From positions 21,206,001 to 21,270,000 of the forward strand of contig NC_058369.1 in NCBI RefSeq assembly GCF_018350175.1: a stretch of DNA of 64,000 nt, given 5' to 3'. The notes under the pieces were generated by a model, which ran no database searches, was not told the origin of the DNA, and was given only the letters and a program-made list of their open reading frames with translations. Every line of letters starts with the position of its first letter. Position 1 is the stretch's first letter. The position numbers were made by a program, and so were the translations under genes. Positions 50,447 through 63,680 of the stretch are shown piece by piece. This DNA comes from Felis catus (taxonomy: Eukaryota).

Positions 50447-50532
50447 CTCATTCGAAGGCTTGACTTAGCCATTTCATGATGTTCAATTTCTGCCTTTTTC
50501 ATATAAAATATTTTTTTTATAGAATTTGCATC
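50447..50532 (-). CDS. PBRM1: PBRM1 exon, 86 nt (DANSIKKIFYMKKAEIEHHEMAKSSLRM)
   Basis: Manual translation; CAG acceptor, GTATGT donor. Confidence 0.95.
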
Positions 50533-51399
50533 CTGTCAACATAAAATTATTTGTTTAGAAAAAAAGGACAGTTTAAAATGCCATCAAAGAGCACTTTCTA
50601 CGGCACTCTTCCATTTGGAGTAGACTTCCATTTAATGCCCATAAAGTTGCATCCTCTAACCTTTCCATAACTTTCAAAAACACAGTCATAATTCTATAGA
50701 AGTTAAAAAGCCTCCTACCTCTTTCACAATTAGTCAAGTAATGCACAAAAACCCAACAGTGAACAAGGAAAAATGAGTGAAAATGAACAACTCTACCTAT
50801 GTCCACTGACCTAAAAATTGATATACTTCTAAGATTAAAGACTACACACACAAATTTAGGATGAATGTACTTACTGAAATCAATAGCATACAACAGATCA
50901 AATCTAGTTTCTCTTTTCTCTAAAATTTATTTAAGGGAAAATAATCAGACCAAAAAGTACAATCTTAACTGCATCAACAAACTATTGGTACTATACTATT
51001 AAAGTGTCCTATTAAGGACTAAAAATTTAAGAACTTTATTGTTCGTTTCTCTGATTTTTCACTTGAAGTTTCTTAAAAGATGAAAGTTTACTAAAAGATG
51101 AAAGATAAATGAACTACCAAAAGCAACTATATATGAATCAGTATTCTGGAAGTCAATGATTTTATTCTCAAAAGGTTTTCTGAGAATCCTTTGCTAAATT
51201 CCCAATGACATATGATTAATTCAAGGCATTTCTAAAGCAACTGTGTTACAGGTCTACAAAATTTCTAGGAACGACTCACATCACAAAGCAGTGAAGTAGT
51301 CATTTTACATTGTGTATTATACTATAGACGTTGCTTTCTATATTAATGAGGTTTAAAAGGAGACATTAAATCAATGTTTAAAGTGGCTCAGAAATGAAC

Positions 51400-52965
51400 C
51401 TTACCTCTGGCATAAAGAGACATATAAATTAATGGAAGAGTACTGAGCTTCCAGAAATAAACCCATGCACTGATAGTCAACCTCTAGCCAACACAACTCA
51501 ATGGGGAAAGAATAGTCTTTTCAATATAAGGTGGTGGGACAAATGAGTATCTCATGGGGAAGAATCAATGTAGATCCCCTACCTCACACCTACCTCAGGT
51601 ATACACAAATTAATTCAAAATGGATACATTTAGATCTAAGAGCTGAATCTATAAAGTTCCTAGAAGAGAACAAAGGTGAAATCTTTGTGGATTTGGATTA
51701 AGTAATATATGACACTGAAAATTATGAGCAACCAACAGAAAAACAGACAAACTGCACTAAATAACATTAAAAACTCTGTGTCAGGGGCGCCTGGGTGGCG
51801 CAGTCGGTTAAGCGTCCGACTTCAACCAGGTCACGATCTCGCGGTCCATGAGCTCGAGCCCCGCGTCAGGCTCTGGGCTGATGGCTCAGAGCCTGGAGCC
51901 TATTTCCGATTCTGTGTCTCCCTCTCTTTCTGCCCCTCCCCCGTTCATGCTGTCTCTCTCTGTCCCAAAAATAAACGTTGAAAAAAAAAATTAAAAAAAA
52001 AAAAAACAAAAAAAAAAAAACTCTGTGTCAAAGGACACTATCACGAAGGTGAAAACAATCCATAGAATGGGAGAAAATATTTGTAAATCATATATCTACT
52101 CTAATGTCCAGACTATGTAAAGAAATCTAACAATTCAACAATAAAAAGACAAGCAACCCAATAAAAAAATGGGCTAAGGATCTGAACAGAAATTTTTTCA
52201 AAGAAGATAGATGAATGGCTGATATGCACATAAAAAGATGTTCAACATCACTAATCATCAGGGAAATGCTAATCAAAACACAATGAGATACTACTTCACA
52301 CCCATGAGGATGGCTATCATAAAAACAAAAACAAAAATGACAAGGAAATGTTAGTGAGAAGGTGGAGAAATTTCAACTGCACATTGCTAGTGGGAATGTA
52401 AAATGGTGTATCTACTTTGGAAAACAATGTAGTGGTTCCTTAAAAAGTTAAATATATAGTTAACCATGTGAACCGGCAATTCCATTCCTAGGTATGTACC
52501 TAAGGAAAATGAAGATATTATGTCTACATAAAAGCTTACACAGCATTATTTATAATAGCCAAAACGTGGAAACAACCAAATGTCTAGCAACTGACAAGTG
52601 GGTAAACAATAAGCAGTATATAAATGTAACAGACGAGAACAAAGTACTGACACCTACTGCAGCATGAGCTCCGTGAGAGCACCGTAAAAGCACTGCACTC
52701 AGGGCAAGAGGCCAGACACACAGGACCACATGCTGTATGACTCCCCTGATATGAAATGTCCAGAACAGGCAAGCAAATTCACAGACAGAGAGTGGACTGA
52801 GCTCCTAGGGCTGAGAGACGGGGGGCGGGGGAGGAATGGAGGGACTGCTACCCGATTGTGGTGATGGCTGCACAACTCTGTGAACACACTAAAAACCATT
52901 AAATTAACCTGGAGTGAAATGTATGGTATGTGAATTTTAACTCAATAAAGTCATTATATAAAAAC
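51400..52965 (+). mobile_element. L1 (L1MA/MB-like) ORF2 3' part and 3' UTR, interrupted by a SINE
   Basis: gaatgggagaaaatattt, aaaagatgttcaacatcactaatcatcaggg, ggaatgtaaaatggtg motifs. Confidence 0.85.
51784..52017 (+). mobile_element. Young felid Can-SINE nested in L1
   Basis: gggtggcgcagtcgg head, long A-tail, TSD aaaactctgtgtca. Confidence 0.93.
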
Positions 52966-52973
52966 TGTTGGCT

Positions 52974-53190
52974 AGGGCGCCTGGGTGGCTCAGTCAATTA
53001 AGTGTCCGACTTTGGCTCAGGTCATGATCTCATGGTTCATGAGTTCAAGTCCCGCATCGGACTCTGTGCTGACAGCTCAGAGCCTGGAGCCTGCTTCAGA
53101 TTCTGTGTCTCCCTCTCTGCCCCTCCCCCTCTCACACTCTGTCTTTCTCTCTCAAAATAAATAAACATTAAAAAATTAAAAAAAAAAAAA
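52974..53190 (+). mobile_element. Can-SINE
   Basis: TSD aaaaactgttggct. Confidence 0.92.
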
Positions 53191-53249
53191 AAACTGTTGG
53201 CTCTACATTAAGGTATCACTCTTAGCAATGAAAACAACAAAACACTAAC

Positions 53250-53348
53250 CTTGAATACTTGAGAACCAGGCTCATTATAAGTTTTGGCATTTTTTGCTAG
53301 GAGATCTATATCTTTGGCCATTGCATGAATGCTCTTGTAGCTTCCATT
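53250..53348 (-). CDS. PBRM1: PBRM1 exon, 99 nt, bromodomain 2 (NGSYKSIHAMAKDIDLLAKNAKTYNEPGSQVFK)
   Basis: Manual translation; TAG acceptor, GTTAGT donor. Confidence 0.95.
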
Positions 53349-53429
53349 CTAGAGTAAACAACAAAATACAACAGTTCCTCTTATTGAGAGTTAATCGGTA
53401 TGACCTTTAAAAAAAAAGAACTCCACATA

Positions 53430-53653
53430 TTTTTATTATTATTATTTTTTAATGTTTATTTATTTTTGAGAGCAAGAGAGACAGAGCATGAGTGGAAGAG
53501 GAGCAGAGAGAGAGGGAGATATAGAATCTGAAGCAGGCTCCAGGCTCGGAGCTGTCAGCACAGAGCTTGATGCAGGGCTCAAACTCACAGACTAAGAGAT
53601 CATGACCTGAGCCAAAGTCAGCCACTTAACCGACTGAGCCACCCAGGCGCCCC
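53430..53653 (-). mobile_element. Can-SINE
   Basis: Flanked by aactccaYaYattttta copies. Confidence 0.9.
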
Positions 53654-54365
53654 CTAACTCCATACATTTTTAAATTCTCACCATATTCAAAGACTTCATT
53701 GGAAAATACACGTGAACAATATATAAAGTCATTCTCTCTTTTATAAACTATTACCATTGTCCATTTACACACAAGTTTTTGAGATAGGTAACAAAACTAG
53801 AGCTATGTTAAGAGTCATAAAAACATAACTTTTAAAAGATCAAATAAGACAAAAGTCATTTAATTTAGCAAACACGTAGTGCTTACTATGTGTTAAGCAC
53901 TGTTCTAAGTGCTTTATGAATACTAATCCATTAAGGTGGACTTGAGAGTGTGAAGTAAAACTCCTCTAGTTTTACAGACTACTTCAGATGAAATAGTCTA
54001 GCACAGAGGTTAACATTTTGTGAGTACCTACTATGCACTAGGCTCCATGTTAGAGCTGTTACACCTTAAAGCTCACTCAAGTCCAAAAAACCCAGGGACA
54101 CTTAGAACTGCCTTCAATTTACAAAGAAAAGGAAGAAGGGAGACAATCTAGGCTAAAGGTACACATGACTAATGAGAAAGACACAGAAATGAACAAACAC
54201 ATTCTAGAAAGACTGAGAAAACCAAATTAAGTAGAGTGGAAGGTTGGGGAGGGCAGAACCACAGCACAGGCTGCAAAGGTGAGGATAAATAAGGCAGAAT
54301 CCAGGCAGCCAAAGGAGAGTAGCTGGTTATTTGCCATGTGAGAATACCCAACATCTGAGCATCCT

Positions 54366-54487
54366 CTTTTTTTTTTTTTTTTTAAGATTTTATTTTTAAG
54401 TTCTCTCTACACCCAACATGGGGCTCAAACTCACAACCCCAAGATCAAGAGTCGCACGCTGTACTGAAGGAGCTGGCCGGGAGCCCC
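54366..54487 (-). mobile_element. Short Can-SINE
   Basis: tRNA-Lys-like head, T-tail; tgagcaYcct flanks. Confidence 0.82.
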
Positions 54488-55479
54488 TGAGCACCCTACC
54501 CTCTTTATTTGGAGAAAATCCCAGCATAGGCGGTAGGGAGGGACCTGTCCTACACAACAGGGGGTAGAAGTAAGCAGATGGTAGCACTGCCAGCAGCCTG
54601 GCACCCAGGCAAGGGGAGATCACTCATGCTTGAGTCTTGAGGGACTAGAGTGAGGGCAAAGGAATAGAGAAAATGAATTCCTAACCCCCATGAAGGGCAA
54701 GTAAAGCAGAGTGGAGCAGGGAGCAACCAGGGCCCACAGTGGTGAATGACATTAGGAACAGCAATGGCACCACAAAGACACTGTGCGTTGACCTCAGCTG
54801 TACCACAATGTCCCTGAGTTCCTCCCACTTCTCTAAGGCTACTTCTCCTGCCTACCTTCCTAACAATTCCATGAGCCACCCAGTATCCTTTCAATGGATA
54901 CCACTTCTACTGGAGTTATTCAGAGTTGGTTACTATTGCACCAGTACAAGAAACTGGGACTCGCTGCAAAAGGCACTAGAAAACAAGTGACAAGGCTCTG
55001 GGCTGTGGAATCAAAAAGAAAAGAAAGAGGAAGGAAACTAGGGTCAGGAAGCAACATACAGAAAGGACTAGAGAGTCTTTCATCAGAGAGGTAAGAAAGA
55101 CCATTACAGTAATTTGGACATAAATGGATGAGATCTTGATTAGGGTGATGGCAAAAGGAGGTGCTTCTATGGGGTTTCTAGAAGGAAGAACAGACAAGAT
55201 AAGAAGTGAGGTCTTGGAGAGAAGACTGGGGCTAGGGCAGGGGTTTCCAAAGATCTGATTTGAACTTCAGGATTATAAAAACATCTTCTCCTCAGATAGA
55301 CATTAGGAACCGCAGAAATTTATGTTCCAGGAGACTAAGTCATTACCAGCAGCAGCTAGGGAGCTGCCTTAAAAACCAGGTGATACATTAGGGAATCTGT
55401 ATTTTAACATTCTGTGAAAATGTATTACAGTACCAGTAATTACTACACTGTTATTCTTTAGTGCTCTCCTAGAACTTGA

Positions 55480-55700
55480 TTTAAAAAAAATTTTTTTAAT
55501 GTTTATTTATTTTTGAGAGCATGCAAACGAGAGAGCCCAGCAGGGGAGGATCAGAGAAAGAGGGAGACACAGAATCCGAAGCAGGCTCCAGGCTCCGAGC
55601 TGTCAGCCCAGAGCCCAACGTGGGGCTTGAACTCCCAAACTGCGAGATCATGACCTAAGCCGAAGTCGGACGCTTAACCAACTGAGCCACCTAGGCACCC
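55480..55700 (-). mobile_element. Can-SINE
   Basis: TSD ctctcctagaactt. Confidence 0.9.
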
Positions 55701-56169
55701 CAAACTCTCCTAGAACTTTAAAGCCAATGAAGTTTCTCCCTTCTGGCAAACCACTTGCTTTCAGTCTCCTTTCTCAACGAGACTATGCAACACATTAAAA
55801 TTTCCTTTTTGTTTTATCTACCAGGAGCCCCAAACCTTCCTTACTCTGGGAGGATCAGTAACTCACACAGTCCAAGGCCACATCCCATAGGTGCTCTGTG
55901 AGATGCTTCACACGCATGATCATTGCCCCCTCCAACTCTGCAAAGTGGGAACACTACACTCAGTGCACAACAGAGGAAAGCAGGAAAGTCGCCTGACTGA
56001 AGCAACACAGCTAGTAAGGAACAGAGCTAGGAAATTAACCCACGTCAGCACAACTCTAAAGACCAGATTTTTTGTAAAATTTAGCTCTTTCTCCCTATAC
56101 CTTCCTTAACCTCTGATCATCAAGTTTTAAATTTCAGTCACTGATTCACTCAATAAATATCTATCAAGA

Positions 56170-56420
56170 GGTAGGAATAGTGCAGGGGTTAAGAGCACAG
56201 ACTCTGGAGGCAGAATGTCTGGATTCAAATCCTAACCCTTCTCCTTATTAGCTGATGACTTACGCAAGTGACTTATCACCTCTGTGCTTCAGTTTTCTCA
56301 TCTGTGAAACAGGAATAATAATAGAGTCCACCTCACGGAGTGGCTATAAAAATTAATCAGCTAATGCATATAAAGCACTTAGAACAGAGCAGACACCTAC
56401 CAATGCCAGGTGAGTGTTCT
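56170..56420 (+). mobile_element. MIR (near full length)
   Basis: ggttaagagcacagactctggag..ttcaaatcct..ctctgtgcttcagttttctcatctgtgaaacagg..aaagcacttagaacag. Confidence 0.85.
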
Positions 56421-56887
56421 GCTGCTATTGCTGGAGATACAGGGAGGAAGGCACTCGAAGAGAATGAAGTCTCTGTTTTCACTGACCTTACACTCTAAAA
56501 TATGTTGCAGGTAACTTATTCTGAGATATCCTAAAACTATTTGGAAGCAGGTAAGAATAAACAACAAAGCTTTAATGCCAATGTATCTTTCACAACCAGA
56601 AACGTCTATGCCCAATGCTTTTTAATGACTGTCCTAATTATTGTCTTTTTTAAATATTGTCCTATTGTTACCATGCCAATGAAAATTCTGCTTTCCTCCC
56701 TATACAAAAAATGCTAAAGAGACACCATGCCGCCTTTTCCAAAGCTATAATCAACTAATCCATTTACATTATATGCTAAAAATCCCTTACAGAGACATCT
56801 GCTTTTCCATTTTCTAAAAGCCTCTAAAAGAGACCACAAGCCAATCTTCCCTAAACTACATATAGTTACATATGGTAATCTGCATAC

Positions 56888-56956
56888 CTGTATCCTCTGG
56901 GCAATGGTCTTGAGATCTATAGGCTCCTTAATTATTGCATAATAATCTGGATATTG
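56888..56956 (-). CDS. PBRM1: PBRM1 exon, 69 nt, bromodomain 2 (QYPDYYAIIKEPIDLKTIAQRIQ)
   Basis: Manual translation; CAG acceptor, GTATGC donor. Confidence 0.95.
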
Positions 56957-58364
56957 CTGGAAGACAAAAACCCAGGCAGGCTAAATAAATGAGAAGTATC
57001 CAACTAATAAGAAAACAAAGAAGTGCACTGACAGCGTATTGATAAACTGAACAGCTCTGTGAGGTGCAAGGTTACTGACAAAGCTGTACAGCATACTGTT
57101 TGTTATGTTTGAAGCAGACAGAATTTGATTTTAACCAGCTTCATGAAATACACAAGAGAATGCTGCAGGAGTTTATAGTTAGCATTTGGTAATTATCATT
57201 ATCCAACTAACACACCATAATTTAATGTTTTAAAAAATTCTAAATTCACAGAATCACACAGTTTTAAATTTAAGGTTCTAACGTATCTATTCCTGGCAAT
57301 GAAGTAGAGGAATGTTTCTGAATGTTCTCATAAACTCTTAAAACTGCAATCTAAATCACACAATATTATCCTATTTCATATAAAATTGTTAACGGTCTAC
57401 AAGACAAAAGGGTGCATGCTTGTTAGCTTCAGGTTTAAAGCTTTCACTTATTTTGGCCAAATTAATTTTCTACAAAATAAAACACATTTTAAGTAAAACT
57501 ACATTAAAGAAACAGAGTAAAATCATAAGCACTTTCTGCTTTCTCAGCAAAGATTACGTCAACACAAGAAGTTAAGCATGTTAGAGGAATGTCCCTGAAG
57601 CATCTCACAAAGCCCACAGTGTGTTCACTGCCTTGAGCCTTTCCTACATCTTTAGTTCCTTAGAGGAAACAACTGAAGTTGACCAAAAGTCAAAAGTTGG
57701 TAGGTGAGAGAAGTGTCAGGGAAGGTGAGGCTGTGCTCTTCATGCTCTTCTGACCTGTTCAAATCCTTGCAGCCCGTACAATAACAAAAAGCCAAGAGGT
57801 TACAGCCTTCACTCAGTTGCTGGGCTGAGGGCATGATCTCAGGGATGCTTCCTCATCTGAGTCCTCAGCGTATCCCTTCTTTTTTAACCCCTACTGTGTG
57901 TGGGGGGGGGGTTGCTTTGGGGGGTTTTTTGGCTTGATCCAACCCCTTTTCTGCCCCCCTCTTAACCAATACTACTTCTGAGAAACAGTTCAGAAGACAA
58001 ATTATGACAAGGTCACCCAGGCTGGAATAGCATGTAATCCCAGCTGTTGGGCCCACAATAGTCAGAACCTCCTCTCCCACTTAGCTAGTCCAGCCTAGGA
58101 AGGACTCATAAAGGAAAGGTAAACACTGCTCCACCCTCCCAGCCTCAGTCCTTACTGTCTTTGAAACTGTCACTGTCTGAGGGGCCAATGGGAACCTGCT
58201 TTTTCCAACCAACTCGTGCTGCATGGTGTCCCTGGAAGCCATCCCGGAATGGGGGAACAGAATATCAATGTTTTAGTGCTCCAAGTCACCTTTGGTGGCT
58301 TGACCACTAGTGATGATCTCCTGCTACTCAGGAGTAGATCTTGAGTAAAGGCTATACTCTTTTC

Positions 58365-58968
58365 TCATAATTTTATTGTGATTAAAGACACAAAAGATTT
58401 ACCATTTAACCTTCTAAGTGTGTGGTTCGGTGGCATTAAGTACATTCACATTATTGCGCAATCATCGTCATCGTTCACCTCCCAAACTTTTCATCTTCCC
58501 AGACTGAAACTCCATACCCACTGAACAGCAGCTCCCCCCTTTCCCTTCCTGTCAGCCCCTAGAAACCACAATTCTACTTTCTCTATGAATTTGACTACTC
58601 CGAATACTTCCTACAAGAGGAGTCATGCAATATTGGTCCTTTTGTGACTCTCTTCTTTCACTTACTATAATGTGTTCCGGGTTCATTCTTACTGTAGTGT
58701 GTGTCAGAATTTCATTCTTTCTTAAACACTGAATAACGCTCCATTGTGTGTATATGCCACATTTCATTTATCTATTCATCTGTCGAAGGACATATGGTTT
58801 GCTCCCATGTTTCAGCTACTGTGAATAATGCTGCTATGAACATGGCTGTACAAATACCTCTTTGAGATCTTGCTTTCAGTTCCTTTGGGTATGCACCCAA
58901 AGTGGAATTGTGGGATCATGTGGTAATTCTATGTTTAATTATTTGAGAAATCATCATACTGTTTTCCT
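58365..58968 (-). mobile_element. L1 3' end remnant
   Basis: gcattaagtacattcacatt, gtgaataatgctgctatgaaca motifs; ORF 58552..58767 is L1-like. Confidence 0.8.
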
Positions 58969-59082
58969 TTTTTTTTAACTTAAAACATTTGAAAAAAAAA
59001 TTTAAACATATGACCAATATCATCATTATGTTTTTGTAATCAGATCCACACTTAGGATAGATAGCAGTAGTCATATATGCTT

Positions 59083-59202
59083 TCTTTTTTTTTTTTTTTT
59101 TTTTTTTAACTTTTTTTTAAAGTCTATACCCAACATGGGGCTTGAACACATAACCCTGAGATCAAGAATCACATGTTCTACCGACTGAGCCACCCAACTG
59201 CT
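59083..59202 (-). mobile_element. Short Can-SINE
   Basis: Long T-tail plus tRNA-like head. Confidence 0.8.
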
Positions 59203-59819
59203 TCTAGGCTTTATTTCTATGTGAGAACTGTCTTACAACTAGTCAAGACACACCTTTAAATAACCAGTCTTGTCGGTGACTGATGGGGAAAGCTGCAAGC
59301 CACTTATCAGTCAATAAGCACTTCTTACACACCTAGGACATGCTGGGTTCCAGCTACATGGCAGGGACACAAAACAAAATATGATAGAATCTTTGTTCTT
59401 CAATTCAAGAACCAGGGAAGAAGGTAGATAAATAGTAAATGATCACAAAGGAGTTATGAGCTACAGTGGAGTACCTCTGAAAGTATATTCTTGTCTAGAA
59501 ATACAAGAATGCTGAGCCCATGGAAATTTTTGTAGTTCCACAGGTAAAGTGGAATTTTAGCTATGTTCATTGCCTTTTAGGTATGAAGCCACAACAGGCC
59601 CTGCCACTTTTAAAGGGTCTCACTAGTCTAGAAAGTTCCTCCTCTTTGGGGTAGAAGAGTATTAGTCAGTCTCTCTCTTCTCCATCACCAGGAGATCCAG
59701 AGAAATAAAAGAGGAAGAACTCACTTAGCTTCCTCTCATTCTGTCCCTGAGCAAAGAGAATGTTTCGTCTCTGTTATAAATAAAAGGTTTAGTTTAGGTA
59801 CTTACTTTGTTATTTAAGA

Positions 59820-60480
59820 ATTACCAATCTTGGAAACAACCCAAATGTCAATTGACAGATGAACGGATAAACAAAATGTGGTATATGCATACGGTAATAT
59901 ATTATTTAATGTTAATTTTAGAGAGAGAGAGAGAGACAGTGACAGAGAGTAGAGGAGGGACAGAGAGAGGGAGACACAGAACCCAAAGCAGGCTCCAGGC
60001 TCTGAGCTGTCAGCACAAAGCCTGACACAGGGCTCGAACCCACGAACTGCGAGATCATGACCTGGGCTGAAGTGGGACACGTAACCGACTGAGCAACCTA
60101 GGCACCCCCAGTGGAGTATTATTTAGCCTTAAAAAGGAAGGAAATTCTTCATGGATTCTATGAATGAACACTGGGAAGGAAATTCCATGGATGAACCCTG
60201 GAATACATAATGCTAAATGAAATAAGCCAGATATAAAAGGAGAGATATTGTATGAGTCCTCTTATTATCAGGTGCTTAGAGTGGTCAAATTCATAGAAGA
60301 GAGAACAGAGAATGGTAGTTGCCAGGGCTGGGGGATGGGAGGACATGGGGAGTTACTACTGAATGGATACGGAATTTCAGTTAAGGCAATAGACGTACAA
60401 TATGAATGTACTTGACATCACTGAACCACACACTGAAAGTGGTTAAATGGTAAATCATGTGTATTTTATGACCATGAAAA
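59820..60480 (+). mobile_element. L1 3' end remnant with a nested minus-strand Can-SINE (59905-60109)
   Basis: tggaaacaacccaaatgtc..ataatgctaaatgaaataagccag. Confidence 0.8.
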
Positions 60481-60728
60481 ACAAAAAACAAACAGTAAGA
60501 ATTACCAATCAAAAACAAATATTTAAAAAAAACTACAACCTTTAGGCAAGTAAAATTATAGAACATGTCTTATGTGGTTGCTATTGAGGCCACAAGGAGG
60601 ATCTCTCAGCAGCCTCCAATGCCTTCCGTTAACTTACCTTATTTGCTAAGAACTAAGTACAAAACCAAAAACAAAACAAAGATAAAAACACTTTAATTGA
60701 TTCCCCTGTCTTTAATTGTATCACTTAC

Positions 60729-60845
60729 CACTTTAGAAGGCAGTTTCTGAAAAAGCTCACTAATGAGACGTCCTGATGGATTTGTGGCTACAACTATGGC
60801 TTCAAGAAGCTGCTCCAGGATCTCCTTCAAGTAACTTGGAGAAGA
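60729..60845 (-). CDS. PBRM1: PBRM1 exon, 117 nt, start of bromodomain 2 (SSPSYLKEILEQLLEAIVVATNPSGRLISELFQKLPSKV)
   Basis: Manual translation; CCCAG acceptor, GTAAGT donor. Confidence 0.95.
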
Positions 60846-61331
60846 CTGGGAGGAGGGGGTTAGCAGGAAGGAGAGAAAGGAGAAAGACTGTGAGAAAAAT
60901 CAAAAAATAAATGCCAATATTAAACAGCTTCTAAATTTTAAAGCTAATTGAAAAAAACAACTAAACAGTACTTATTTTAAATGTAAGTTTCAAGAATACC
61001 ACAAAAGTGCTCTGATGTTGGACCCCCAGAATGATGTATGTGAAACTAATGAGGCTCCTTATATTAGTTCAGTAACTAAATCTCTTAGATCAGGTCCTTT
61101 TACCAAACTCTAATGGTGCCATATGTGTGAAATGATGGAAATACATACCTTTTTTGGGTTTGAGCAACTGAGACAGAGAAAACATGCTCGGTGATACCTG
61201 ACCATCTCTATATCTGCTGTTCATATCTACTGAAGTGTTGATATTCTGGTACAATGACATACGTTTTTTACCCATGGGGTGCATGGCCAGATCTAACAAT
61301 AGAATTCAAGCTATCTCAAAAGTGAAGGACT

Positions 61332-61554
61332 GGGGCACCTGGGTGGCTCAGTCAGTTAAGTGTCTGAGTTCGACTCAGGTCATGATCTTGCACTCCGTGA
61401 GTTCGAGCCCCGTGTCGGGCTCTGTGCTGACAGCTCAGAGCCTGGAGCCTGCTTCGGATTCTGTGTCTCCTTCTCTCTCTGCCCCTCTAGCTCTCATGCT
61501 GTTGCTCTCTCTCTCTCTCTCTCTCAAAAATAAATAAACATTAAAAAAATTTTA
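61332..61554 (+). mobile_element. Can-SINE
   Basis: Flanked by aaaagt(g)aaggact copies. Confidence 0.92.
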
Positions 61555-62584
61555 AAAAGTAAGGACTATTATTAAGTCAACTAAAGTATCTCATTTCTGC
61601 TCTGCAGACTGGCCGACTTACTCTTCCTGACTTAGCCATCATTTCAACATGAGAAAGTTTATGCCCCAAAGAGTACGGGGCAGGGAAGGGTCTGAGTCTG
61701 AAGCTGGTTTTTATTGTGAGCAATGGCATGTGTCAGTCAAGAGTTATATTAAACGTACTTCATGTCCAAACCATGTTTTGTACATATAAAAGAAAGATTA
61801 ATGGTATTTCTGGTTTAAATCATAAAAGCACTGTTATTTGTGTCCTCATCCATCCAACATGTCTTTTTTATTTAGTATAGTCTCAATTTTAAGGTCCAAC
61901 ATTAACTCCACAGAGAGCAATAACATCTCTTGGGCCTTGTGCATCGTATCTGGAAATAGCAGACACACAACAAACATTTAACATATAAAAAACATGTGAT
62001 TAGCTGTGAGTCCCTAACCATATAAGCTTAGAGAACCACCAGAACACCAATGATAGCAGACTAAAAATAACCCATGTTTAAGTCATTTTCTTCCTGGCTG
62101 AAACACAGCACCACAGAGTTAGCTTCAAAGAGAGGAGAGTTCTATTCTGCAGCCAAGATTCCTCTCCTTCCAACCCAACTAGCTACTTTGGAAACATGCA
62201 TTGCACGTGACAAAGGGAGTGGGGTGTGCAAATGCATTCATAAACCTATTTCCACAACTGGGAAAACTCCAAGGAAATCATTCTGAATTTAAAAATAAAA
62301 GCTTGAAAATTCCCTCTCTCTCCACAAGAGCTTAGAATAAGGAAGAAGCTTGGGAGGTATAAATATGAATGTGCAAGATCCTCCCAATTTCTCACCAAAA
62401 GAAACATAGGCAAGTCCTAAACGTAGGCAATTTCATTTTTTGACTAAAACCTTGGAGGCCTATAAGACTCAGCCCTCTGTAGGTAATGTTCTACCCGAGA
62501 AAGCAGGGGGTAAGTTGCTGTTCCTATATTAATATCAGAGAGTAAAATTCCAGGGAATCCCTAGTTAACTGCCTTCTACCTATT

Positions 62585-62808
62585 TTATTTTATTTTAATT
62601 TTTTTTAAACGTTTATTTTTGAGGCAGAGAGAGACAGAGCATGAACGGGGGAGGCTCAGAGAGAGAGAGGGAGACACAGAATCGGAAACAGGCTCCAGGC
62701 TCTGAGCTCTCAGCACAGAGCCCGACTCGGGGCTTGAACTCACGAACCGCGAGATCATGACCTGAGCTGAAGTCGGGCGCTTAACCAGCTGAGCCATCCA
62801 GGTGCCCC
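62585..62808 (-). mobile_element. Can-SINE
   Basis: TSD gccttctacctatttta. Confidence 0.92.
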
Positions 62809-63059
62809 GCCTTCTACCTATTTTAATCATTTAACTGTGAGAAAGAAATTGACAAAGTGCCTAGGAAGTACATTTTGAGACTCTAAGTAGTTACATTTTT
62901 GAGAAATTCACCCTACCACTTTTTTTTCTGTGTTGAGAGTTTCAGCAAAAGGCTTATTTAGATTAATTTAGGGAAGAAAGGGGAAGGCTCTGCTTTAGGT
63001 ATCTCACTATTTAGCTACAGATGACATGTCCTTCCTTTTACTATCCTTTTTCCTTTTTT

Positions 63060-63680
63060 AAACATGTGTGTTCACTCATCAAGTATTTAACAGTACCTAC
63101 ATGCCACACACAGTCTAGATGCCAGGAACAGGTGAATAAGGCAGTATCTTTTGTGGAGCTATCATTCTCCTTGGTAGAAGACAGAAAGTAAACATGTAAA
63201 CAAATAAATAAGCTATTTCACATACATTGATACAAACTAAAGACCACAGAACAGAGTGATGTGATGATGGATGGGAAAGGAGGGATGTGAGGCAAACAAT
63301 TTAGATAGAGGGTCAAGAAAGTCCTCTCCTAGCTGACGTTGTATTAATGAATGTTACAATCATGAAAAAAAAGGGAAGCCTGGATGGCTCAGTCAGTTGA
63401 ACGTCCAACTCCTGATCTCGGCTCAGGTCATATCTCACAATTTGTGAGTTCGAGCCCCATGTCGGGCTCCTCGCTCACAGTGCAGAGCCTGCTTGGGATT
63501 CTCTCTTTCGCTCTCTGTCCCTCCCCACCCCCCCAAAAAAGAAAAAAGAACCATGAAAAAGAGCAAGTCACAGAAAGAGCCAAAGGAAGCTCGTTCTAGG
63601 CAGAAGAGCAACTGCAAAATTCCAGAGGCAGGAGCATACCCTGGCATGTTCTAGGAACAGCACCAGTCTAATCTACAAAA
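63060..63680. mobile_element. L2 remnant with a nested plus-strand Can-SINE (63373-63548)
   Basis: ttcactcatcaagtatttaacagtacctac..tagagggtcaagaaagtcctctc..ttctaggcagaagag motifs. Confidence 0.6.

Noticed and set aside
3220..63647. Many short ORFs with MAQSVERPTSAQVMIS.. or RQRETEHE.. peptides
   Set aside because: Translations of Can-SINE copies, not a gene family
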